DNA of 64,000 bases, taken from NCBI GenBank assembly GCA_016208165.1, contig JACQYL010000001.1, forward strand, positions 8,099-72,098. The letters run 5' to 3'. Under the pieces are notes generated by a model that was not told the origin of the DNA, made no database searches, and saw only the letters and a program-made list of their open reading frames with translations. Positions within the stretch are counted from its first letter, which is position 1. Each line of letters opens with the position of its first letter. This DNA is from Deltaproteobacteria bacterium (GTDB taxonomy: Bacteria; Desulfobacterota; Desulfarculia; JACQYL01). Position numbers and translations under genes: made by a program. Of this stretch, positions 8,225 through 16,424 are shown one piece after another.

Positions 8225-9904
8225 ATGAACGAGAAGCTCCGAATACTACTTCTCGAAGACAATTTCTCGGATGCAGAGCTGATTCAGCGCGAACTGCGCA
8301 AGTTCGGTTTCGATTTCGAGGTGCGCTGGGCCGAGAACAAGGCCGCTTTTCTTGACGCGTTGGATACGTTTGTGCCCGATATACTTTTAGCGGACTATGC
8401 TCTCCCAGGATTCGACGGCATGGCCGCCCTATCCCTGGCGCGGCGTCGCTTCGAGGATATACCGTTGATACTCGTGTCCGGAGCGATCGGCGAGGAAACG
8501 GCCATTGAGTGCCTCAAGGCCGGAGCGACCGACTATGTCTTAAAGCAGCGGTTGAAGCGGCTCGGGACAGTCATCCGGCGAGCACTTTTGGAATCCGAGC
8601 AATTGACCGAGAGAAAGCGGGCCGAGGAAGCCCTGCGGCAGGCCAAGGACGAGCTGGAACACAAGGTCCGGGAGCGAACGGCCGAGCTGGTTCGCACCGT
8701 CGACACGCTCCAGGAGGAAATCGCTCAGCGCCGTCGGGCCGAGGACGACGTGCGGCTGGCTAACGCACAACTGCAGGAGCGCGCGGTTCAATTGCGGGCT
8801 CTGGCCCGTCAACTGACCGTTGTCGAGAGCCGCGAGCGCAACCGAATAGCCAAGATCCTGCACGATCATCTGCAGCAACAGTTGGCATCCGCCAAGCTTC
8901 AGGTCACCTGGCTGGATCAGCTGACGGGTGACGATCTCGCCCTGGCTGCGGCGCGCATAGAAGATATTCTATCCGAGGCGATCAAGGTCTCACGCTCGCT
9001 CACCGCGGAACTGAGCCCTCCCATTTTGCACGAGGCGGGACTGGAGGCCGGGCTCGAATGGCTGGTCCGCCGGATGCTGGACGAGTACGCCCTTCGGGTC
9101 GATCTGACCGTCGACGACAGATCCGAGCTCGATGAGGACGTGAGAATCATGCTCTTCGAGTCGGTGCGCGAATTGCTCTTCAACGTGGTCAAGCATGCCA
9201 AGGTATCGTGGGCCGAGGTGCGGGTACAACCTGTGGATGAGACCGGCATGCTCATCACGGTCAGAGATGAAGGCGTCGGATTTGATCCCCTCCAATTAAA
9301 GCCGTCTGGAGATAATTATCCCGGATTTGGGTTGTTCACGATCCAAGAGCGGATCGACCTGATCGGCGGCCACTTGAAGATCTCGAGCGCCCTGGAAAAG
9401 GGTAGCTGTTTTTCGTTACTCGTGCCATACGCGCATCAGGCCGCCGCGCCGCTTTCCGGCGCGTCCTACCCCGAACCGGCGCAAACGTGCGCCGAAACGG
9501 TGCTCGAGGATGAGGCGCCGCTAATCCGTGTCTTGATTGCCGACGATCACGCCATTTTTCGCGACGGTATCGCCCGCCTGTTGAACCGTGAAAGGGATAT
9601 CCAGGTGGTCGCCGAGGCCGGCAGCGGGAGGGAAGCCGTTGAGTTGGCGCGTAAGACGGCGCCGGACCTGATCCTCATGGACATCTCGATGCCCGAGGTC
9701 AACGGCATCGAGGCCACCCGGATCATTTGCAGGGAGTCACCGGATATTCGGATCATCGGTTTTTCCATGTACGAAGACGAAGAGCGGTCTCTTGCGATTC
9801 TAAAGGCCGGCGCCGTTGGGCACAAGACCAAGGGCTGCGCGGCATCCGATCTGCTGGAAGCGATCCGCCGGTGCATGCGCGCGAAATCGGTTGGAGGACC
9901 GTAA
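8225..9904 (+). CDS. Hybrid histidine kinase: REC - coiled coil - HisKA_3 - HATPase_c - REC
   Basis: N-terminal REC (ILLLEDNFSDAEL..ILLADYALPGFDG), a HisKA_3-type H-box (RNRIAKILHDHLQQQL), an ATPase domain (DEGVGFD, GFGLFTIQERI), and a C-terminal NarL-type REC (IRVLIADDHAIFRDG..LILMDISMPEVNG) with no HTH after it. Confidence 0.9.
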   Translation: MNEKLRILLLEDNFSDAELIQRELRKFGFDFEVRWAENKAAFLDALDTFVPDILLADYALPGFDGMAALSLARRRFEDIPLILVSGAIGEETAIECLKAGATDYVLKQRLKRLGTVIRRALLESEQLTERKRAEEALRQAKDELEHKVRERTAELVRTVDTLQEEIAQRRRAEDDVRLANAQLQERAVQLRALARQLTVVESRERNRIAKILHDHLQQQLASAKLQVTWLDQLTGDDLALAAARIEDILSEAIKVSRSLTAELSPPILHEAGLEAGLEWLVRRMLDEYALRVDLTVDDRSELDEDVRIMLFESVRELLFNVVKHAKVSWAEVRVQPVDETGMLITVRDEGVGFDPLQLKPSGDNYPGFGLFTIQERIDLIGGHLKISSALEKGSCFSLLVPYAHQAAAPLSGASYPEPAQTCAETVLEDEAPLIRVLIADDHAIFRDGIARLLNRERDIQVVAEAGSGREAVELARKTAPDLILMDISMPEVNGIEATRIICRESPDIRIIGFSMYEDEERSLAILKAGAVGHKTKGCAASDLLEAIRRCMRAKSVGGP

Positions 9905-9981
9905 AACGCGATCCCTTGAACCGCCATCCGATCCTATATTCCATCCTTGACTTTATCCGGGATTCTGGTTTATTGCGACGC

Positions 9982-10446
9982 ATGATCAGTGATCTGGAAA
10001 AGACCGTTCTATCGGAAATACAGGGCGACTTACCCGTCGAGCCCAGACCGTTTCTGACCATTGCCCGCAAATTGAACCTTACCGAAGAACAGGTGTTGGC
10101 GTGCATCCGTGAGCTGACGGAAAAGGGAGTGATCCGTCGGTTTGGAGTGACCATTCGGCATCAGGTTTCGGGATTCGAAGCCAACGCCATGGCCGCATTC
10201 AAAGTGGAAGACGAGAGAACGGATGAAGTGGGCGCCCTCATCAGCGAGTATCCCCAGGTTACGCACTGTTACCGGCGTACGCCCATGGGTGGGTGGCCAT
10301 ACAATCTGTTCGCCATGATTCACGGCGGCTCTCGGGAAGAATGCGAGCGTGTTGCCGGTGAAATAGCAAAGCGAGCAGGTATTCATCAATATCGGCTGTT
10401 GTACAGCGATGAAGAGCACAAGAAGACCAGCATGAGGTATTTTTAG
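9982..10446 (+). CDS. AsnC/Lrp-like sirohaem decarboxylase subunit (AhbA/AhbB / NirD-L-G-H family)
   Basis: MISDLEKTVLSEIQGDLPVEPRPFLTIARKLNLTEEQVLACIRELTEKGVIRRFG...YPQVTHCYRR...WPYNLFAMIHG...KKTSMRYF. It sits directly upstream of hemL. I took the internal ATG at 9982 as the start. Confidence 0.65.
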   Translation: MISDLEKTVLSEIQGDLPVEPRPFLTIARKLNLTEEQVLACIRELTEKGVIRRFGVTIRHQVSGFEANAMAAFKVEDERTDEVGALISEYPQVTHCYRRTPMGGWPYNLFAMIHGGSREECERVAGEIAKRAGIHQYRLLYSDEEHKKTSMRYF

Positions 10447-10448
10447 CC

Positions 10449-11735
10449 ATGGACTCGACCGTGTCGTCTCGATTGTATGAACATGCGCTTCGGATCATAC
10501 CCGGCGGGGTGAATTCCCCGGTGAGAGCCTGTCGGTCCGTGGGACGCGATCCGTTGTTTATACGAAGAGCCAAAGGCTCGAAAATCTACGATGCCGACGG
10601 AAGGGAATATCTGGACTTTGTGGCTTCCTGGGGGCCTATGGTCCTGGGGCACGCGGATGATCGAGTGGTAGCCGCCATCAAGGACGCCGCCGTGAACGGA
10701 ACGAGCTTCGGCGCTCCCACCGAGCTGGAAGTGAAGATGGCCCAAACCATTGTCGATGCGGTGCCCTCCGTGGAGATGGTTCGCATGGTGAATTCCGGAA
10801 CGGAAGCCACCATGAGCGCCATACGATTGGCTCGAGGATATACGGGGCGCGATCTGGTGGTCAAATTCGACGGCTGCTACCACGGTCATGCGGATGGGCT
10901 TCTGGTCAAAGCCGGTTCGGGTCTGGCGACGTTCGGGATACCCGGTAGTCCCGGAGTTCCCGACGATGTCTGCAAAAACACGCTTTCTCTGCCCTACAAC
11001 GACACAGCCGCCTTCGAAGCGTGCATGCGACAAGCCGGGGCGCGGATTGCGGCCGTCATTGTCGAGCCCATTGCAGGAAACATGGGCGTTGTACCTCCTG
11101 CGGACGGCTTCCTGGAAACGCTGCGCCGCCATACTCGGGAAACGGGCGCGCTGCTGATTTTCGATGAAGTGATCACCGGATTCAGGGTCGGATGGGGCGG
11201 GGCCCAGGAGCGCTTCGGTATCCGTCCCGATTTGACATGCCTGGGCAAGATCATCGGCGGAGGGCTGCCGGTCGGCGCCTTCGGGGGTCGCCAAGAGATC
11301 ATGCGTCGCATGGCGCCCGAGGGGGACATCTATCAAGCGGGTACTCTTTCCGGAAATCCGTTGGCCATGGCGGCCGGTCTGGCCACTCTGGACGTTCTGA
11401 TGGGTGCGGATGTGTATGAAACGCTGGATAGAAAGAGCACCCTGTTTTGGAACGGAATGAAGGAGTGCGTGAAAGAGGCGGGCATTCCCGCTGTTGTGAA
11501 CGCCGTGGGATCCATGGGCGCGCTCTTCTTTACCAGTGATCCTGTAACCGACTTCGTCGGCGCCATGCGTAGCGATAGGGAACGGTTTGCGCGTTACTAC
11601 AGCCTCATGTTGGACCGAGGGGTGTATTTGGCGCCGTCCGCTTACGAGGCCTCGTTTATCTCGATGGCTCACTGCGAATCGGACTTGGAAAGAGCGTGGG
11701 ATGCGTTTCGGGATTCCTTACGGCGACTAAGTTAA
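10449..11735 (+). CDS. hemL: Glutamate-1-semialdehyde 2,1-aminomutase
   Basis: 428 aa. Contains IPGGVNSPVRA, DFVASWGPMVLGH, NSGTEATMSAIRLARG, LIFDEVITGFR and CLGKIIGGGLP (PLP lysine context). Confidence 0.95.
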   Translation: MDSTVSSRLYEHALRIIPGGVNSPVRACRSVGRDPLFIRRAKGSKIYDADGREYLDFVASWGPMVLGHADDRVVAAIKDAAVNGTSFGAPTELEVKMAQTIVDAVPSVEMVRMVNSGTEATMSAIRLARGYTGRDLVVKFDGCYHGHADGLLVKAGSGLATFGIPGSPGVPDDVCKNTLSLPYNDTAAFEACMRQAGARIAAVIVEPIAGNMGVVPPADGFLETLRRHTRETGALLIFDEVITGFRVGWGGAQERFGIRPDLTCLGKIIGGGLPVGAFGGRQEIMRRMAPEGDIYQAGTLSGNPLAMAAGLATLDVLMGADVYETLDRKSTLFWNGMKECVKEAGIPAVVNAVGSMGALFFTSDPVTDFVGAMRSDRERFARYYSLMLDRGVYLAPSAYEASFISMAHCESDLERAWDAFRDSLRRLS

Positions 11736-11810
11736 ATAAAACAAAAAAAGAGGTTGACACCTCTGAAAAGGCCGTGATAGAACTCGAAAGCTCTTAATAT
11801 CGCCGGACCG

Positions 11811-12101
11811 ATGGGGGCGCGAATGGCCTTCTTTAAGGGACAGCGGCCGGAGTATATCAGGCTATTGGCCATGGCCAGCTCCATGGGAATTTCAATCGTT
11901 CTGGCCACGGTCATCGGTCTGGGCGTCGGGTATTACCTGGATAACCACGTATTTGGCACATCACCGTGGCTCACGCTGATTTTCCTTATATTGGGAATCA
12001 TAGCGGGCTTCAGAAACATTTACATTATTGGAAAACGAGCACAGGAGAGAGAAAACAAACTCGACAAACGAAACTCGACAGGTACGGCGTCTAAAGATTA
12101 A
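11811..12101 (+). CDS. AtpZ/AtpI-family small membrane protein (atp operon leader gene)
   Basis: LAMASSMGISIVLATVIGLGVGYYLDNHVFGTSPWLTLIFLILGIIAGFRNIYII. It has two TM helices and lies upstream of atpI, atpB and atpE. Confidence 0.6.
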   Translation: MGARMAFFKGQRPEYIRLLAMASSMGISIVLATVIGLGVGYYLDNHVFGTSPWLTLIFLILGIIAGFRNIYIIGKRAQERENKLDKRNSTGTASKD

Positions 12102-12450
12102 CAACGGTATTGTCTTGGCGCTGCTCGTTGCGGGATCCGGGCCGGTCGTGGGTACGCGCTTCTCTTTGAGCGTTCTCTGTGGAGGACTCCTGGCCATGGC
12201 GAACTTCCATGTACTGTATGGCACGCTGCGGAGAGCGTTCATCTCGACCGCATCGGCATCCGGCGCCTCCGTGGTCGTAGTGTTCAAATACTACATCCGA
12301 TTGATTCTCACGGGAATCGCGATCTTCCTCCTGCTGAAGTTTGGAAACATTAACCCTGTGGGCTTGTTGTTGGGGCTTTCGACCGTAGTCATCAACTTGG
12401 TTCTGTTCGGATTTTTCGAGTTTTACAAGAATTACATCAAGGAGGCTTGA
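12028..12450 (+). CDS. atpI: ATP synthase protein I (start uncertain; may begin at the in-frame TTG at 12115)
   Basis: Hydrophobic roughly 110-aa core (GIVLALLVAG..LLAMANFHVLYGTL..YYIRLILTGIAIFLLLKFG..LLLGLSTVVINLVLFGFF) between atpZ and atpB. The track ORF start overlaps atpZ by 74 nt. Confidence 0.55.
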   Translation: MENEHRREKTNSTNETRQVRRLKINNGIVLALLVAGSGPVVGTRFSLSVLCGGLLAMANFHVLYGTLRRAFISTASASGASVVVVFKYYIRLILTGIAIFLLLKFGNINPVGLLLGLSTVVINLVLFGFFEFYKNYIKEA

Positions 12451-12455
12451 GCCAG

Positions 12456-13145
12456 ATGGAACACCCGTTTCTGTTTTTATCGAAGCTCTTCGAGTTGATA
12501 GGGCTTGGCTCGTTTGCACACCACTACCCCCACGTTGTCTATTCCTGGTTCATCATGCTGTTCCTGATTGTTGTTGGAAAGCTCTGCGCCGGCGCAGTGA
12601 AAATGATCCCTTCGGGCGGCCAGAATTTTTTTGAAATGGTTATTTCAGGAATCGAAGATTTTCAGATTTCCATCATGGGTGAAGAAGGACGCCCGTTCTT
12701 TCCTTTGATTGCCACACTGGGTCTCTATATCTTGTGCTGCAACTGGATCGGTCTGATCCCGGGCATGTTGTCACCCACCGCAAACATCAACACGCCTCTC
12801 TCGTGCGCACTCGTGGTTTTTGTGGTCACTCATGCGGTGGGGCTTAAAGAGCACGGGCCCAAATACATCAAACACTTCACGGGTCCCATCTGGTGGATGG
12901 TTCCTCTCATGCTTCCCATCGAACTCATCGGACATCTCAGCCGCGTGCTTTCCCTGACCTTCCGTCTCTTCGGAAACATCATGGGCGAGGACTTGGTTTT
13001 GGCCATTCTGTTGTTTCTGGCCGGGAAGTTTCTGGCGCCGGTTCCCATGATGTTCCTGGCCATTTTCACCAGCTTCGTGCAGGCGTTTATTTTCTCGTTG
13101 CTGACCATGATGTACATTGCGGGTTCTCTGGAAGAGTCGCATTGA
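12456..13145 (+). CDS. atpB: F0F1 ATP synthase subunit a
   Basis: LMLPIELIGHLSRVLSLTFRLFGNIMGED (conserved Arg stator motif) and about 5 TM segments. The ATG at 12456 is preceded by AGGAGG. Confidence 0.9.
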   Translation: MEHPFLFLSKLFELIGLGSFAHHYPHVVYSWFIMLFLIVVGKLCAGAVKMIPSGGQNFFEMVISGIEDFQISIMGEEGRPFFPLIATLGLYILCCNWIGLIPGMLSPTANINTPLSCALVVFVVTHAVGLKEHGPKYIKHFTGPIWWMVPLMLPIELIGHLSRVLSLTFRLFGNIMGEDLVLAILLFLAGKFLAPVPMMFLAIFTSFVQAFIFSLLTMMYIAGSLEESH

Positions 13146-13224
13146 TTGAATCTGAATCGTTGGCTGTGCCAGCCTTTGTGGAAGAAGGCGAAACATATAA
13201 TATCTTAGGAGCTAGGAGGAAGAA

Positions 13225-13602
13225 ATGAACAGGAGAACTTTCCGTCTGACCATGCTGAGTACGTTTTTTGTGTTGGGCATGGCGACATTGGCGTTCGCCG
13301 AAGTCGATCCCACGGTAGCAGCCTCGGGCATGAAGCTGTTCGCAGCCGTTGTTACGGCGGCCGGTTTTGGAATTGGTATTGCCGCTTTTGGAACGGGCAT
13401 CGGCCAAGGTATCGCCATCAAGGGCGCGGTCGAGGGAACGGCCCGCAACCCGGAGGCTTCCGGTAAGATTACGGTGACCATGCTGATCGGTCTGGCCATG
13501 GTCGAGTCTCTGTGTATCTACGCGCTCGTCGTGGCCCTGATTCTGTTGTACGCCTATCCTATGGCGGCGCCGGTGGCCAAGATGATCGGCCTGCCCTTGT
13601 AA
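13225..13602 (+). CDS. atpE: F0F1 ATP synthase subunit c with an N-terminal signal-peptide-like extension
   Basis: [53 protein letters not shown] is a c-subunit hairpin with the carboxylate Glu. A strong RBS (AGGAGG) lies before the ATG at 13225, which supports the roughly 35-aa extension [27 protein letters not shown]. Confidence 0.9.
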   Translation: MNRRTFRLTMLSTFFVLGMATLAFAEVDPTVAASGMKLFAAVVTAAGFGIGIAAFGTGIGQGIAIKGAVEGTARNPEASGKITVTMLIGLAMVESLCIYALVVALILLYAYPMAAPVAKMIGLPL

Positions 13603-13618
13603 ACTGGAAGAACTGCCC

Positions 13619-13652
13619 ACGGGGTTGTTTCAGGGTAACAACCCCGTTTTTG
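13619..13652 (+). terminator. Rho-independent terminator after atpE
   Basis: ACGGGGTTGT - 9-nt loop - ACAACCCCGT followed by TTTTT, 17 nt after the atpE stop. Confidence 0.65.
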
Positions 13653-13661
13653 CCCCACTCT

Positions 13662-13679
13662 ATGTGTTTTCTTTCACAA
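13662..13679 (+). promoter_or_regulatory. Putative Rex operator half-palindrome upstream of rex
   Basis: ATGTGTTTTCTTTCACAA compared with the Rex consensus TTGTGAAnnnnTTCACAA. The right half is perfect and the left half has 3 mismatches. It lies 19 nt upstream of the rex ATG. Confidence 0.4.
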
Positions 13680-13697
13680 CACCGGCGGAGAATCTGA

Positions 13698-14330
13698 ATG
13701 AAATACGCGAAAATACCTGGAGCCACGATCACGCGTCTCTCCATGTACTCTCGTGTACTCGAGCGTATCGCACAAGAGGACGTACGGATTGTCTCTTCAG
13801 AGCGGCTGGCCACGCTGTGTGAAGTGAATCCGGCCCAGATCAGGAAAGACTTGTCCTACTTCGGCGAATTCGGGGTCCGGGGAGTGGGTTATTACGTGAA
13901 AGAGCTGCTTTTCGAAATAAAACGCATTCTTGGGCTGAACCGGGAATGGAAAATGGGCATCGTCGGGGTAGGGAACCTCGGTCTTGCTCTGCTGTCCCAC
14001 GAAAACTTCTCCAGACAGGGCTACATCTTTATGGCGGCGTTTGACAACGACCCCCAGAAGATTTCGAAAAAGCTGCCGAACGGCCTGGTCATTCACCATG
14101 TCAACGAGCTTTCACTGGTCGCCAAGGACACGGGCCTCGAGATCGGAGTGATCGCCACTCCCGCCAACTGGGCTCAGGATATTGCCAACCGCTTCATCAA
14201 AGCCAATGTGCCCGCCATCCTGAACTTTGCGCCTACCCAAATTCACGTTCCTGAAGGTTTCCAGGTGGAAAACGTCGACTTCACGGTCAAGCTCGACAAC
14301 CTGGCCTATCATCTTTCTTCCAAGGGCTGA
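13698..14330 (+). CDS. rex: Redox-sensing transcriptional repressor Rex
   Basis: IPGATITRLSMYSRVLE...VSSERLATLCEVNPAQIRKDLSYFGEFGVRGVGY...GIVGVGNLGLAL (Rossmann GxGxxG). Confidence 0.9.
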   Translation: MKYAKIPGATITRLSMYSRVLERIAQEDVRIVSSERLATLCEVNPAQIRKDLSYFGEFGVRGVGYYVKELLFEIKRILGLNREWKMGIVGVGNLGLALLSHENFSRQGYIFMAAFDNDPQKISKKLPNGLVIHHVNELSLVAKDTGLEIGVIATPANWAQDIANRFIKANVPAILNFAPTQIHVPEGFQVENVDFTVKLDNLAYHLSSKG

Positions 14331-14538
14331 TACGGTCCCTGGACACCGGCGGACGCCACCCGTTCCATCGGCGCTCTCCTGCCCGGAATTCCGTATAAAA
14401 AAGAAACAGTTCATTCCGGCGGCCGTATAAGAATTACGCGGTTCCCCAAGCGGCGGTTTACGTCAAGAGGTCGGACAAGCCCAAACTTGTCTTGTAATAT
14501 CAGACTGTTTCCTCATATCTTGAGTTCGGTCATACTCC

Positions 14539-14554
14539 TGGCACAAACAATGCT
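14539..14554 (+). promoter_or_regulatory. Sigma-54 (-24/-12) promoter
   Basis: TGGCACAAACAATGCT matches TGGCAC-N5-TTGCW, with GG and GC at the exact spacing. It lies 67 nt upstream of the ATG at 14621. Confidence 0.55.
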
Positions 14555-14620
14555 TATATTTCATTATAAGAAGGTGTCATAAGACATGACATCATAAACC
14601 CAAACTCAGGGAGATGCGAA

Positions 14621-15112
14621 ATGAAAAGAAGAATACAATGGGGAACCTTAGGATTGATCATGGGCTTCCTATCCATGTTAAGCGTACCGGTGTATGCGGG
14701 TTTCGGACACGGGCCCATTCACACGCGTGGTCCCATGTACGGTGACATCGCCGATTTCGAACTCGTGACCTTCAATGCGACGGTGGATTACGTTCAACCT
14801 CCTGTCATGGTAGTCACCGACGAGCAGACCGTACAGTGGACGATCTATGCGGGCAACGTGCTTTACTGGCAGGATCGGGGCTATGATATGGAAGTGGGTG
14901 ACTCCATAACCGTCACCGGCGCCAGCCTCATGTACGGTACGGGCGTTGGTGGAGGAGGCGGAATGCACGGTGGAGGCGGATTCCCATCGGATGGAGCCTC
15001 ATCCCACTTTGTGGTGTTTTCCATTGATGATCATACGACGGGCCAGAGTATGCAGTTCAGGAATCCGGATACGGGCGCTCCTATGTGGGGCCATTTCGGT
15101 CCGCAACAATAA
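14621..15112 (+). CDS. Secreted hypothetical protein with a Gly/Met/His-rich insert
   Basis: Signal peptide MKRRIQWGTLGLIMGFLSMLSVPVYA and an internal GTGVGGGGGMHGGGGF stretch. I recognise no family. Confidence 0.6.
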   Translation: MKRRIQWGTLGLIMGFLSMLSVPVYAGFGHGPIHTRGPMYGDIADFELVTFNATVDYVQPPVMVVTDEQTVQWTIYAGNVLYWQDRGYDMEVGDSITVTGASLMYGTGVGGGGGMHGGGGFPSDGASSHFVVFSIDDHTTGQSMQFRNPDTGAPMWGHFGPQQ

Positions 15113-15202
15113 GCCGTGTTTTCGGGGAAGAGGAATATCTTCCCCGAATCTTCCCCGACCAACGCCCTACGGCTCCCATGAGGGCAAACCCGGAGGAACA
15201 GC

Positions 15203-15448
15203 ATGAACGCGAAGAAGTTGTATACTCCAAGAGACCCGGTGTGCGGGAGGGATGTCTTCGGAGTGTATCCAACGGCAATCTACGAGGGTAAAATGTACTT
15301 TTTCTGCAGTGAGGCCTGCGAAAAACGCTTTTCAACAGACCCCGAAAGTTTTGTAAGGAGAAAAGGCGTGTTTCGTCGCTTCATGGATCGTTTGGCGGAG
15401 AAAAACGCCGAAAATCCGCCGAAGTGCGGATGCGATTGTTGTCACTGA
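15203..15448 (+). CDS. YHS-domain protein with a Cys-rich C-terminus
   Basis: DPVCGRDVFGVYPTAIYEGKMYFFCSEACEKRFSTDPESF is the YHS/TRASH pattern. The protein ends in PKCGCDCCH. Confidence 0.8.
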   Translation: MNAKKLYTPRDPVCGRDVFGVYPTAIYEGKMYFFCSEACEKRFSTDPESFVRRKGVFRRFMDRLAEKNAENPPKCGCDCCH

Positions 15449-15778
15449 TCCTGTTCTATGGTATCTTACAAAAGTGGCCCTCCCTCAGAGGGCTACTGAC
15501 TGCTTTGAGGCGCCTTTAAATGGCGGATTCCTTCCCTATGGAGCGGCTCACAATTCTCCTCCACGGAATCCCTGAGGTTTCAGGTCTCTGAATATCGATT
15601 GAGCCGCACTGAATGAATTCTCCATCCCTCATCCCGGCGCCTCCCGGAAACCGTATGGGGTTTCCGACTCCACACAAAAGGCTTGAGAAATCGAGGCCTT
15701 GCTTCTTGTTGTAAGAATCGGCATTCAAGCTCGAAGATAAGCCGGCTTTCGGCCGGCGGTCTAATACCGGAACCGACG

Positions 15779-16349
15779 ATGGGCATAGGCACCAAGAAAG
15801 GCGACACGGGTCGCACGGGCCTTCTGAGAGGAGAAAGGGTTCCCAAGTACCATTTGGCCATCGAGTTGGGAGGAATCCTCGACGAAGCCAACTCGTTGTT
15901 AGGCTTGGCGAGGGCCTCTTTTCCCGAGAAGAAAGTCAAGCGGATCCTGCTCCAAGTTCAGAAAGGAGTTTGAAGAGGCGCTGTCTCTTCCTCCGGGCTT
16001 TGTGGCGTTCGGTCAGGATGAGACGCCATCCCATATGGATGTCGCCAGAACGGGTATTCGAAAATTAGAGCGCGCTGTCGTAAAGATGAAAGACGAGGAG
16101 ATGATTGAGAACTCCAATATTCTCAAATACCTCAATCGACTTTCTGATCTGCTGTTGCTACTTGCCGCCTTCGAAGAGAAGGACAGCGAGGAGAGGCGGA
16201 AAATCAAGGACACCTATTTTTCATCCCGATTGTTCGAGCCCGCTTTTCGTAAATTGTTTATAGTAGCAGGTTCCATCATTGGAGTATTAATAATTTCGAT
16301 TATTCTCATTCTCCTTTTTCACAAGCCTGAACAGGAGCTTTCTCATTAG
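15779..16349 (+). pseudogene. PduO-type ATP:cob(I)alamin adenosyltransferase, disrupted by a frameshift and an internal deletion, with an odd C-terminal TM tail
   Basis: The N-terminal part MGIGTKKGDTGRTGLLRGERVPKYHLAIELGGILDEANSLLGLA stops at 15973. The C-terminal part resumes in another frame from about 15969 (FEEALSLPPGFVAFGQDETPSHMDVARTGIRKLERAVV...YLNRLSDLLLLLA). The segment normally between these blocks is missing. Confidence 0.55.
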
Positions 16350-16424
16350 CAAATGATGGAACACATGCAACAAATGAATGATATTCAAGGACCAAGTCAA
16401 GATTGACTTTTGGGCGGTGAAGTC

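Noticed and set aside
11749-11764. The hairpin AGAGGT-TGAC-ACCTCT after hemL, considered as a terminator, and the overlapping TTGACA, considered as a -35 element for the atp cluster
   Set aside because: On the plus strand the A-tract precedes the stem rather than a T-tract following it. The candidate -10 element (ATAGAA) is weak. Both calls are too uncertain to list as features.
15449-15778. A possible cobalamin riboswitch or other ncRNA in the 330-bp gap upstream of the PduO-type adenosyltransferase remnant
   Set aside because: Some local hairpins are present (GCCCTC..GAGGGC at about 15476-15492; GCGGCTCA..TGAGCCGC). However, I found no B12-box-like (GCCACTG / AGYCMGG.G.CCKGCC) element on either strand. 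I cannot support an RNA call without a covariance-model search.
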